From Trichoplax sp. H2 (taxonomy: Eukaryota): DNA of 64,000 nucleotides. Positions 37,592-50,895 of this stretch are shown here, piece after piece. The stretch spans positions 62,001-126,000 of the forward strand of contig NOWV01000021.1 of assembly GCA_003344405.1 (NCBI GenBank), given 5' to 3'. Made by a program: the position numbers and the translations under genes. Each line of letters opens with the position of its first letter. Within the stretch, counting starts at the first letter, position 1. The notes beneath the pieces were generated by a model, which saw only the letters and a list, made by a program, of their open reading frames with translations, did no database searches and was not told the DNA's origin.

Positions 37592-40500
37592 ATGTCGGAC
37601 GTTCCCTACGTTGAATTCGAAGATGCAGATGGCCATAATCCCCATAGGCCATTTTTCATTACCTATAGGCAAACGGCGATTGGTGTTATTGTCTTTATCA
37701 TTCTTGCAGTTAGTGTTGGATTGATAGCAGGATTAACAGCAAGTGGCAGGAATCAATCGGCTAATATCACCACAACAAGTATGCCGCTAACGACTGCAGT
37801 TCCAACCAAGTACGCCGCCTTAGCTAAACCTCGATTGCCTACCAGTATTAAACCGAAGGCTTATTACTATCAATTAGATATCGATATGACAAAACTGAAT
37901 TTTGTTGGCATCAACACGATTCAGTTTATGGTCAAATCTTCCACCAATATTATCATTGTCCATGTTTCTGGTATTAAAATGTTATCAGCACCGCAAGTTA
38001 GCAATGATCGAAACTTTAACGGTGCATCGACATACTATAAAGTTATCGATACTGGCAATTATAAGCCCAATAGTTATTACTACGTCGTCCTACAGAACAA
38101 ATTAACTCCAGGAACTTATTATATTCGATTTAATTTTACCGCGCAATTGGCTTCTGATCTGCTAGGACTTTACAAGTATCAGTATACAAGAGCATCAGAT
38201 CGGCAAAAAATGTAAGTCTACGTAGTCATTCTAAACTGTTTAGTAGAATATCGATATTATTATTTTTTAAATGAGCGACTACAGCACTAAAAAAGTATTG
38301 AAACAGTTTAGCATTCCTTTGTACAGCATAATATAGAATAATATCAAATAAAAATTACTTCTAGGATCGGTTTATAGGGATGAATATAAATAGAGTATAA
38401 CGAACACGAAATCATCGTAGTGAGAATATTAAATATTGTGCTTAGACCATCCCAATATTTTTAACTTAAGCAGTAAAAATACCGCTATATAACCAGAGTA
38501 ACTAGAAATTTTATCGAAATACACGTAGTATCCACATAACCTCAATTAAAGATCGGTATGATGGCTGCATCTTTCTATGTGCTTAGCAGTCATAATTTTA
38601 CTTGCTGCTAGGAGAAATATTACAAGCATAGTTGACAAAAGGAATTTGCACTCTTGTTGGCTGCTAAAAGTAATGGTATATTAGATATTCACGTAAAGTA
38701 TTAATAGTAAAACTAGTATGGATTGTTGATGAAGACTTATATGAAGTTATATTTAAGAAGTTTGGGAATATAAAACTGTGATGGAGGGTTCAATAAAATT
38801 GATACAAGTAGATTTAGTAACCATCAGAGACTAATAATACCTACATGATTTAGTGATAAATTAAATTCGCATTGCTAGCTGTAAAGTGTATAAGATTAAA
38901 TTCAGTTGCTGTTATGTAGACGAACATATAAGCTGTCATATAGTAATGTGAGCAAATAGGTAGCACTAATAACTATAATAAGTACAATAATTGAGAATGA
39001 AGTAAAAAGTCAGCGGTTTTAATACGTATAGAATAGAATACATGTGCAATACCTTACAGGAATCAATGATTTCAAGAAGTAAATGGGTATTTAAAGGAAG
39101 GATCAACATATAAGCTATCATATAGTCATGAGAGCAAATAGCTGGCACTAACAATAATAACTATAATAATTTAAAAATGAAGTAAAAGTCAGCGGTATTT
39201 ATACCTCTAGAATAGAATACAAGCACAATTCATAACAAGAATCAATGTTTTTAAGAAGTATAAATGGATATTTAAGGAATATCTTATATCACTGCATAAA
39301 TAGCTATTTAGAGCTACTGGTAGATATCACCACTATTAGTCAACACCATAACGTGAGCTAATAAAATGCAGCATAATTGGGTTGGAATAGCTTATATTCT
39401 TAATTTGATTCAGTTCGAAGCTTGGAGACTGTATCACAGCTTGTAAACCTTATTCTAAAATTTTATGAATAGGATATATTCAGTATTCAAATTTCTGATC
39501 TGTTTGAATAATTATTTCGATGAACAATAATTAGATGGGCAATAGCTAGCCAAGGGCAGGATTTCTATACACGGAGAATGATTCCTTGTTTTGATGAGCC
39601 AGCCTTGAAAGCAACCTTTCAAGCCACGATCATCGTGCCAAGTAATTATAGTGTCCGATGGAATATGCCTGTTACTAAAAAAACTGCTATTGGCAATAAA
39701 ATGCGTTATGAACATTCAAGTAAGTCAATTCTTACATTATTACTGCGGATTTATCATAGCTTCTAAGCTAAAATACTCTTGGATAATCGTTGTTTTGATT
39801 TGCAGTACCCTATTTACTATCTACTGTGTGTTGGCTTTCTTTCATACTTTTGCTACTATTATCGCAGCTTAATGCAATTATTTAAAACATGATCATTTAT
39901 CATAAACAGAAGATTACGGTACACTGTATATTATACTATCACTAGGTTATATAAGAAATGAACATATTGCTTTAAATCGATATTTTCTTAAATCTTAGCC
40001 TCTCCCATAATGTCAACGTATTTACTAGCCCTAGCTGTCGACGGATTTACTTATGTCGAAGGACATACAACTAGAAATACTCGTGTTAGTAAAATTGACT
40101 AGATCAATCCTGTTTAATATCGTTTTATTACTTGCTAAATAGATTTATCAAATAGCAATTGCAATAGTGAAAATTTAAGTTCTTAATTAGTGCAGCATTC
40201 GAGTTTTATACATGTGCAAATTAACTAATTTACAGATATTCAATGACCGATAATCAATTTAAACATTAAGATTCTAAATTCTCTTTAAAATTATATTTTA
40301 GAAGTAATGTAAGGGAATGAAATCGATTAAATTTGCGGCTTTTTTTAATAAATAGGTTAGAGTGTGGTCTAGACCATCTATTCGGAATGATAGTTATTTC
40401 TCCTTGAGAACCATCATCAATATAACACAGTACTATGAAGGATTTTTTGGAATTCCCTATCCCATATCAAAGCAAGGTTGGATTAATTGTTAGATAAGTC

Positions 40501-43500
40501 ATGATTGTAAACTGATAAAATCATCCATAGAATTCTAATATTAAGATTTTTCCTTTATAAATCATCTGTACATAGTATGTAATGTTTACCTAGCAAAAGA
40601 TAAATTAGAGCCAATAGGTGTAAATTAACTGCTATTACTGTCATCAACACATAGATCATGTTGCCGTTCCTAAATTTTATGCCGGTGCGATGGAAAATTG
40701 GGGTTTAAATTTATATCGGGAAGAAATTCTTACCTATAATCCTTATTATGTTAGCTCAAGATTACTAAAAACTATTATTGTTATCATTTCCCACGAATTG
40801 TGTCATCAGGTAAGCAACATTTCTGTACTATCGATAGCACGAGCGAGTTTTTATAACCTAATTAGTAACCCAGCTGTTTTACAGTACTCTCCTAAATTAT
40901 ATAGTTGGCAATATATAGCATGAATATGTTCAATCAATCTATACCTGTTATATTACTGATTGATCTGCTTTGATTTAATTTAAAAATTAGTGGTTGGGAA
41001 ACTATGTTACCATACAATGGTGGAATCATATGTGGATCACTGAAAGTTTTTGCAACTTCTATCAATTTTATGCTGGTTCTATCCTTCAGCCCAGCTTCTT
41101 CTTGGTAAGACCTCGTTACTGAAGAAATCTTCAAGTATAGCTAGCGACAATTTCAATCAAAGTTTTACATGCTACGATACCCTCTATAATTATTCGAGCA
41201 GAAATTGTTGGATTTAATAATTTTAATACAGTATTCTCCTCGAATAATTCTATCTTCTTGTTTCATGTACAATTTGCATAGAAACAACAATTTGTTACAG
41301 ATAGTGTTCAAGTTGCAATGCTTGTAGATGCTACTCGTAGTTCGCACCCCTTGGTCTTACCGCCTAATCTTGGTCCCATTTTCGATAAAATTACTTACGA
41401 AAAGGTATAATACTATTGACTACACCCTAGATTATTTGTATAAAATTAGTCATATCGATTTTTATATGATTCTTTTTGTTGACGTTGCTATTGCAGGGAG
41501 GATCTATCTTTCGCATGTTACGTGATTATATTGGTCCTGCAAATTATCATACTGGAGTAAAGGTAATTGTTTTGATTTCCTATTTATTAGGAAATTTATC
41601 TATTCTAAGTTATTTTAATTATAGCGGAGAGTAATAATAATATACAGGCTGTAAATTAGGAATAATGACACCTTCCTCATTAGATGCGATTATTTAAGTT
41701 CTAATAGCTTATCAGGAATAATTCAACTTTAGTACTTAATTAGCAATATATTAATGTATAGTTACAACATTAGCGAAGGAAATCTGAAATTAAGATTTTT
41801 ATCTAAAATTTCTGGGATATTAGGCATTATTAAAGAAATATTTATATAGTAATATTGCAACAGAACAAGTGTTTCAAGCTATATCTGGAGTAAGTAAATG
41901 TTGGCATTGCATCATTTATTGGTAATATAATTTGCATTCTTAGGCGTACCGAAATTAGATAGATTTATAGTCTAGGTTTAATACTGCCCACTTATTTAAG
42001 CTGTATTAGATGAAGTTGTTATCAATATGGAAACTTAATGATTGACCATCTGTTTGCGGAATATTTTAGTAAATTTTTTTTGTTAATTTAGATCATAACA
42101 CACTGGGTTAGTTTAGTTATTCGTTATCTAAATTTTATAGAATCTGCGTATAGCCTTTACCAGATAAAAAGGAAATATTTGACTATTAGCTGCCTCCATC
42201 TATTTCTAATTGGCAGTAAATAATTAATAGATATATATCTTAATCTTATTTGAAATAGGCAATCCAAAGTCCAATTAACATCAGTGATTTTATGGGTCCT
42301 TGGGTATATCAAATGGGTTATCCATTGGTAACTTTAATTCGTCATCCCGGCAATCGTGGTTTGGGCATAATATCACAGCAACGTTACCTAACTAATTCAT
42401 CATTAAATCCTAGTACTGACCCTCCTGGTTCACCCTATCCTTCAACTTTTGGGTAAAATTCTTTGTATATTGTATAGCTGGTATTATAAATTGTGTACGC
42501 AAAAGCAAAGTAAAGGCCCTACGAATTAATTAATATTGAGCTATATGCTTTATTTCGAGATGCTATTATCGATTGCGAACCTTATTTTAAGTTGCTGCGA
42601 TCATTGTCCAACTGTTATATAGTTATTTAAATATTGAAGCACTTGTAATATTGAACCCTAACAAGATGTAGTAGATGATAGGTTATATAAATGCAAAGTA
42701 AATGCCCTAACGGATTAATTATTATTGGGCTATCTGCTTCATTACGAGATAATGCTATGGATTGTTGAATTACTTTGATCACTATACAATCATTATATAG
42801 GTATTTAGTTAATTAAGTGCTGTAGAACTTGTATACAGTATTAAACCAACAAGATGTAGTACTGTAGAAGATTGCTTAATTGATTAAATAATATTACGCA
42901 TTTCGCTTCATTAAGAGATGAAACAACCAATAGCACAAATGATTTTAAATTTTATAGGCACTATTAAGCTTTATAAAGCTGTTTAATAGATTTAAAATGC
43001 AGTAGTATTGGTAAAACTAAGCCAAAAAGATGACGCGCATGCCATATTTAAGAAAGATTGATTAATAACTTGAATCAACTTCCTACTCTAGCTTTAGTAG
43101 TGGATTTTATGATAGCGTACACCGTAATACTGTTATATACATATGTAATTATTTCACAAAAATTTGACTCATTCTTACCTCTATAGCTACAAATGGACTA
43201 TTCCTATTCGATACTACAATTCAGGAGATAAAACTACTAAACTCCTGGTGTTTGATAGGACTTCAGGTAATAACCCATGGAGTAATAATATTTATTATGC
43301 GAAACAAATTACTGCAAAGGCTCACAACAAAGATATGTACAGGTCTGATAGCCTACTAGATAAATAGAAAAATGGTATAAATTCTCTATGAACGTAATAT
43401 GCGAATAATTTATAAATAAGTAATACTCCATAAAAGCTACTCATATTTAGTAATACGAAAAAGCCAGATTAAGAGTTCATTAGAAGAATAAATTTATTAA

Positions 43501-46500
43501 GTTTTGACTGTCATGAGAACTGGTAATGGATTATTACAAATTACGTTAAAATATTTCTGCTATAAAGACTCTAAAAGTTAAAATTACCGAGTATCTAGCG
43601 TATAGATTTGTTGTATTCTATTAGAATTATTAATATTTAATAATTAGCTAGCGAAATTACATCATGAATTTGTACGAGTATAAGATTTGTTGTAAGCTAC
43701 CGAAATTGTTAATAACTCTTTAGTAATATCAGCTACAAAATATCTTACCGTGAATACTGTAAGTTTAAAAGTTACTAAATATCACCGATTTTTTCCTGCT
43801 ATGTTAATGCTATTGATTCTTACTTGCTAGCCTCTGTTCAGATTGGTTGGCCAGCAAATACATGGATAAAATTAAATACCGACGAAATTGGTTTCTATCG
43901 CGTCAACTACCCTACAGAAAATTGGCAAGCTTTGGCTATGGCATTACAAACGGATAAAACTGTATGCAAATACGTTGTCAGTTGTAGTGGCTGCTATCTG
44001 TACTGAAAACTTTAGTAGAATATTCTAGATACGGTGATAAATAGTATAGGAGTAATTACTTTCAATTTTGATTATATTTAGCAATTTTCCGAAACTGATA
44101 TTGCCAATATGTTGGATGATGCTTTTCAACTTGCACAGTAAGATCGATAGAATAAATTAAAAGTAATTTTTACATTTTACGTAACAGTAATGAGGACACA
44201 AAATGCTTTGAAAGTTTTATGTATAGTTGATAATTTATTTTTATATATTGGATTATTTCAGGACTTATCGTATTAACTACATGATACCTTTAAACCTAAC
44301 CAAGTATTTATTTAAAGAGACAAATCAATTACCCTGGGGTGTTACTAGCCTTTACTATTCTGCAATGTTTCAACGCCTATCAAATAGAGGATCCTTTCAA
44401 TATTTCTCAGTAAGTAGAGTTACTTTAGGATAAATACCCGTATCGGATTAAAATGAGTCTACACCTTTATTTTTTTCGCTGGGCATATTGTATCGTTCAG
44501 AAGCAGTCCCTACAATCACCTAGCTGTTATGCTCAAACTTTATAGAGTGGTGTATTTAAAATTTTTATTTATTACAGTAGGTGATTTATAACATTTCATA
44601 TTATTGAATTGCCTAGAAATACTTTCAGAAAATAGCTGCTGTACAGGCCGATCGGTTTGGATTTTCTGATAACGGAAACTGGATATACAAGTAGGTGAAA
44701 AATGACGTATTAACAATAAGACAATTTAGTGGAATATTTTTATTCATAACGACATTGGAAGGCTTAGCATGATTATATTGAACTTTAATGTCTGTAAGAA
44801 ACTTAGAAAAGACTAACTAACGAATTTTTAAAGTTAAATTTACACGGTTTTCTTACTATAAAGGCACTGGAAGTTTACTGTGCTATGGAGAAATTAACAT
44901 ACATATAATATACCAGTATTTTAGCAAGTACGGTAGTTCATAATATGGCGTATGAGATATTTCTACTTATAAAGAGACCGAAGATTTTGTAACCATTATA
45001 TTAACTACTTCAGCATTAGTTCATAGAGGTACACGGGGTAAATTTTAATAGACTAATCTTTCTGTTTATTATTTATTTACAATATAAAAGAAAATCAATA
45101 GATTATTATGATTATATTGAAACTAGTATTTCTTTCAATAGTGTAATATCTAAAGGAGTAAATGATGAATTCCTATACTTTAATCTTGCTTAGCGTTTTA
45201 TAATTATAACATATCCTATAAAGCTTAGTAACAGCCTAAATTTTGTATGTAATTTCAATTGATATAGTGGCAATACAAACTTGATATGAGATTCTTTTAG
45301 CAGGAAAATCATGATATCTCATTATCATTCGTATGATCTTAATTTTAGGGAAGCTCGAGCAACTGTGTTAGAGATGGCTTGTAGTACAGGTTATAAGCCT
45401 TGTATTGCTAATGCCACAGCCATCTTCAAGAAATATATGCAAAATCCTACAGCCAATAAGTACGTAAATATGCTTAGATTCGAAGATTACAAATTAACTC
45501 GATGGTTTATATTTTCCTTCATTAATGATGCAACTGAACTGAGACCGAACTTCTTATATGATTCTCTACTTTTATCGTAGTATCAAAGGCACAATTAGAG
45601 GAATTGTATTTAAGTATGGTATTGAAAATGGTGGTGCTACGGAATGGAATTTCCTATTTAAGCAATACAAACAATCGCTAAATATTGCCGATAGACGAAC
45701 TATGTTAAGGGCATTATCAGCCACAAAAATACCTTGGCTTATAAGAAGGTATGACTAAATGTAGAATGATTTTATGAGAAATACAAAGTTTAGACCTAGT
45801 AATTTTTGAAGAATTATGTTAAGTAAACATATAATTCATGAATGGTTGGTAACATCCGTGCTATTATTATAGGTTCTTAAATTATACTGTTGATCCAACT
45901 AAAATTCCGTCAAGTTCTATGCAAACTGTTCTACTTAATGTTAATCGCAATACGGTAGGAAGGTATTTTACCTGGGAATTTCTGCGCGACCATCAAAACT
46001 TCTTGATGCAGAAGTAAGTAGCTTTGACTGGATATGTGCAGATTGGAATACTTCTCGTAATTACTGTTGTACTTTGCATAATAAAAGTATGATGGGCAAA
46101 TAGATATTTGAAAATTTTATTGCATTTATATCGTAACCAATACGTAGATTTAAGACAACAAGATCAATTGTCCGCATTATTACTCAAAACTATGACACTC
46201 CACTTCTGCTGAATCAGGTATACAACAATTTAAAGAAATTATTATTATACACGTATAAATAGCTTATGCTTTTCAACTTTAAATGTTGTAAGTATGACGA
46301 TAGATACAAACTGTAGTAACGAATGAGATTAACATAGTTAGCAAGACCTACTGGTATGTTTTGACATACCACTCTCGATTTGCCTAGAAATTAATGCTTT
46401 ATATTCGCCATTCTTTCAATAATATACCCAGATCTTTATTGGATAGAATGATAAATTATTTCCTTCATTATTATGACACTGTTGTTCACTATTACAGCCA

Positions 46501-46881
46501 AATAGAAATTACGAATCGATAGAAACTGCTTAACATACATTTATTGTTAGAATTTATTATCAGTATATATGAGAATAATGTCTATAGATTGTGGTAGAAG
46601 GATTGCAAAAACTAATTGTTAATGGGTTATCTGACTATTACATCAATGGCATTTTTAGTTTAGTATGAAGCTGTTCCAGTTTAGTATAACTTTTAATTTT
46701 ATTAATCCAATTTATCATATGATAGGTGATGAATTACTTTAAAATGTTCCCAGAAAATTCAGGGAGCGCAAAATCTACGGAAGCATCTATTATTCAAAGA
46801 ATTAAATCTAATATGCAGTATTTGCATCGGTGTGAAAGTACGCTTTCCACATGGTTTGCGCAGAATGCAATAAATACGTAG
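37592..46881 (+). CDS. M1-family membrane aminopeptidase (aminopeptidase N-like, type II membrane protein), complete
   Basis: N-terminal TM helix (TAIGVIVFIILAVSVGLIAGL), [50 protein letters not shown]-(18 residues)-[23 protein letters not shown]...GFYRVNY, ERAP1_C-like helical tail; stop 46879-46881. Confidence 0.95.
38924..39280. repeat. Tandem duplication (unit about 182 nt) in aminopeptidase intron 1
   Basis: acatataagct.tcatatagt.atg.gagcaaatag.t.gcactaa...aatgaagtaaaa.gtcagcggt...gaatagaataca...gaatcaatg.ttt.aagaagta at about 38924 and 39106. Confidence 0.85.
42505..42960. repeat. Degenerate tandem repeat (unit about 187 nt, ~2.5 copies) in an aminopeptidase intron
   Basis: gcaaagtaaa.gccctа-type start, gct.at.tgctt.att.cgagat and aacaagatgtagta blocks recur from about 42505 and 42693, with a partial third copy. 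Confidence 0.7.
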
Positions 46882-47559
46882 TGAATCATTTTATCAACAG
46901 GTTCATAGAGAAGTAGATGTAAATGAATTAATTGCTAGTAAAGTATAGTACGTTGAAATAACATAATATAAATGTAAAATTTTTCAACTGGATTGCAATT
47001 TGCTTCATTTTTACTTGTTATAAACCCGTAGTGCACCATCGATTTCTATAACAGAATCCTTTTCATATACTTGTATAAGTATCTCATTCTGGAGCCTTTT
47101 GTATATTTACAAATCGTAGCAGAATGTTTTCCTCTGAAGTATATTGTCGATTAGTTCGTTAGATGTGCTATTCGTTCTAGTATACTAATGTAATGTTGTG
47201 GATATTCTTGAAGATAAATAGTTTATTGTATATCATTACGATGTATTATATTCTTCGGAAATAACGGAAATAAATGATAGAATTTGAGTTATAGGTGGTC
47301 TGCACTAAGTCTACACTACGCTATCGTCTGATCTTGGTAGACTTACTAGCCAGTCTGGCAATTTAATGATCATCGTTGCTATGGTTATTGACCTAGAATT
47401 ACGTTATATAATTGATATTACACTTGAGAAGGTCCAACCTGGAGCTGTATAGCTCACCGCACATTATTATAAAATAGGATTTAAAATAGTTTATCAATTG
47501 AGAGAATTTCTCTATATGGCAACGGTAAGACAGTGTGAGATTTCTATGAGAACAAGTTG

Positions 47560-48386
47560 GGCTAGATATGATCTTTTCTAGCTATGAGCAAATGTAATTG
47601 ATACAGTAAAGCTTACAAGAAAGTGTAATTGTTGATTTATTATTTTGAAGACACTTTCGATACGATAGCAGTTATTGATAACTCTTTCCGCTTATAACGA
47701 ATGGAAGTGGACAGCTAGTTGCACATCAAGTTTGTTTTCTTTCTCTTTAGCAAATAGTCGCTCTTCAACTGTACTACTATGTGTACTCCTAATTCGGACT
47801 TTGGCAGGCTATTGCTCGTAATAGTCTATGGGGATATTGGGGCTTTAGACGTAACATATATCAATGTTATCATCATAATTTAGATAGTCTGATTGCAGCT
47901 AGATAGTCCTTGGCAGTTGTAAGATGGATCAAATTGATTTAATAGAGCTTACAAGAAATTGTAGTTATTGATTATTATTATTTTGAAGACGCTTCCGATG
48001 CAATATCACTTATTGGTGGTTCTTTCCATTCATAGCGAACGGAGGTGGATAGCGAGTTGTCTATATGAATTTTGTTGTAATACTTGAGGTCGTCGGATTG
48101 CAGCTAGATAGTCCTTGACAGTTGTAAGACGGATCAAATTGATTTAATAGAGCTTATAAGAAATTGTAGTTGTTGAAGGCGCTTCCGACGCGATAGCACT
48201 TGTTGATGGCTCTTTCCATTCGTAGCGAACGGAGGTGGATAGCGAGTTGTCTATATCAATTTTGTTGTAATAATTGAGGTCGTCTGATAGCAGCTAGATT
48301 GTCCTTGGTAATTCTAATGGATGTAAGAAAGCTTATAAGCCATTATAGTAGTTGTTTTATTATTTTGAAGGCACTTTATCACAACT
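47560..48386. repeat. Tandem/degenerate repeat cluster (unit about 190-210 nt)
   Basis: gattgcagctagatagtccttg.cagttgtaaga.ggatcaaattgatttaatagagctta.aagaaattgtagtt...tagcgaacggaggtggatagcgagttgtctatat.aattttgttgtaata.ttgaggtcgtc at about 47891 and 48097; degenerate or partial copies at about 47560 and 48284. Confidence 0.9.
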
Positions 48387-48717
48387 CTTCAACCTATTCA
48401 GGATACTGTAGTATAGGAATTCTTCACTTGCACTTTCCTTAACCAACTTGAACTCGGTGTCCTATACAACGCAGTAAGCGCTAGCTCCTACCTGATACCG
48501 TCAATAGCTGTTCCACTAGTTCCACAACAGCGTATCAGGCTGCTATAAGCCTTTGCCATGACGTATTGACTTTCTTCTTCAGTAGGAGAGGATTCGACGG
48601 CCAGCGAACTTAGCACCATTAAAGAACTGCAGGTAAACCACTTGAAGAGAATTTTCCATTGGCATTTGTATCCTCTCTCGCTTTTTCATTCATTTCTGAT
48701 CGTCATGGAAGACTGAT

Positions 48718-49344
48718 ATGGTTGAGAGGATGGATGATACTATTCCTTTAATACTAGATGATCGTATAAAAAGGCGGAGACGTAGAGAGGTTATGACAAC
48801 ATTCAGCAAGATCACACTTGGGGTTTTGTTGATGATATTGGTAATGAAACTATGGTTGCAATCAGAAATGATCAGACCAACCATGACATTTGGTTATAAG
48901 GGAAATAGAACAGTCGAAACAACAAGATCATCGATCATGTCGACTGATAATCCAAGGGATGATTTACCTGGCTCCCATTTCCTGCCTAATATCAAAGCCA
49001 AGGAATATTATGTCAACTTGAGCATGGATATCAACCAATTTCAATATAATTTAATGTTTATTATACGTATTGCTGTTCTATCTCCAACAAATACTATTAT
49101 TCTTCATGGTAATGGTATCGACATGAAGTCAAAACCTCAAATTACTCGTAGCTTGGACTTTCATCAGACTTTAATACAGTATCGTCTTCGTAACGCTACT
49201 AGAAGATCAACTCAAAATGCCAGCCGTTACTCTCTCGTCCTCGATAAAAATCTAGCAATCGGTCATTATTATATTCGCTTCAATCTTACTTCTCAAATAG
49301 CTTCAAAATTTCTTAGATGTTGTAAAGACGAAAAGAATTCGTAA
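48718..49344 (+). pseudogene. Orphan, diverged first exon of an M1 aminopeptidase (TM anchor plus domain I); gene fragment or alternative first exon
   Basis: TM ITLGVLLMILVMKLWL, then FLPNIKAKEYYVNLSMDI...F.Y...I...SPTNTIILH.NGI....PQI...YSLVL...L..G.YYIRFNLTSQIAS, which aligns with exon 1 of both neighbouring aminopeptidases. Ends at the homologous phase-2 donor TC|GTAAGT (49341). No catalytic exons found before the next gene. Confidence 0.7.
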
Positions 49345-50895
49345 GTAGATCATGTAATGATTTTGGAATGCACTACTTCTAATGAACATCAATAGACACG
49401 GTAATAAGATGGTGACAGTCGATTCTATCCTATGAAGCAACAAGAGCTACTAGACGAGTCACATTGGACTGTAATGAAAGATTGGATAGCATCATAAATT
49501 GATTCTTAGTACCTAATTAGGAGTAGTATACAAAAAATGTCGTTTAGTGTCAAAAATTTGAGCGACAAGTTTCTAATTTGATTAATTACACATATGATTA
49601 TTGCAAGAATCATAGGAATACTTTCCTTAAATGAAATGCTACCCTTGCCATAATACTGTAGAAAATGAATTGTTAATCGCTGGTCAAGGCTCCCCATCCA
49701 GTACTTTCATAGGTTGTATACTTTCCCATCACATGATAAGGCAAAGACTTGTCAAAGTTATCCCTTAGTCTAAAAGACAGATTGTAATCGCTAAATTTAG
49801 TTCACCAGCAACTGCTGATGAAGTTCAATTATATCCTAAGCTATGACTACAAATAGACATTTACCTATGTTGATGAATTAGCGTTCCATCGTCAAAATTT
49901 TTATTCTTCCAATTTAAAGCCTAAAAATATGCCTACAAGATAGACACCTGCCATTGACTTATTCTTGTGAATGAACTTACACGTATGACAGAAACAGTAC
50001 AAGGACCACTAATGTTTCCTTAATGAGTTTTTTAATTACTTCTAGTGTGTTATAACTTTCTTTAAAGGGGCGTTTGAGATATTGTACTAACTGCAATAAA
50101 TCACATAGTATTGATATTGCAGCGATTGATAGCTTTCGCTGATTTTTTGATCGAGTTGGCTCATTTATTTTCTTCCTTTATATTAAATGTAGTCGAAGCG
50201 GAATGTTATCCTCCCTGAAAGTCTTACCGTATTTAAACGAAAAGCAATTCAAGATCAATTTTAAAGCCGTTATCGTAGCTCATAAGGATTACCAGCTCAG
50301 ATGGAATACACAATATGCTCGAAAAGCATCTGTAAGTTCAAACAAGATCTCCTATACCTTTGGAGGTAAGTAAGACTAAAGTTTAAGATATTGTTTCTAT
50401 TATGACTGTATATTCTAAAAGATAAATGCCTTTCAAGTACAGTACAGTAGTCAGCAATGTATTATACTTGGACAATTTTTTATATTCATTGTAACAATAA
50501 TGATGTTAATATAGATGTGCAACATAAGATTGTGCTATAGTTAATAAATCCAGAGCAGTATATGATTATTGTGGCGTTATGATCATTTGTTGCAATCTAG
50601 CTGCATACGGCTAATAAACTATTCTTCCATTCCATTTGATTTAGCATTCAATTTTATGTCATCACGCCTGTACATGGTTTTACAGAGTGCTGCCAATTTA
50701 TTAACAGATGGTCAAAGCATCATTACGAACAAGCTATTGCGCAAAATAGTAAGTATACCAACCACCACTATCTGAATATTTAAAACAATTAAAATTGTAT
50801 ATATTAGTACACTCATTTCAAAGCTTGGATTCGCATTGAATTATCGATTAGTTAAAGATGCTATTTGAAACATTATACTCTAGGTCAGTTATAAA

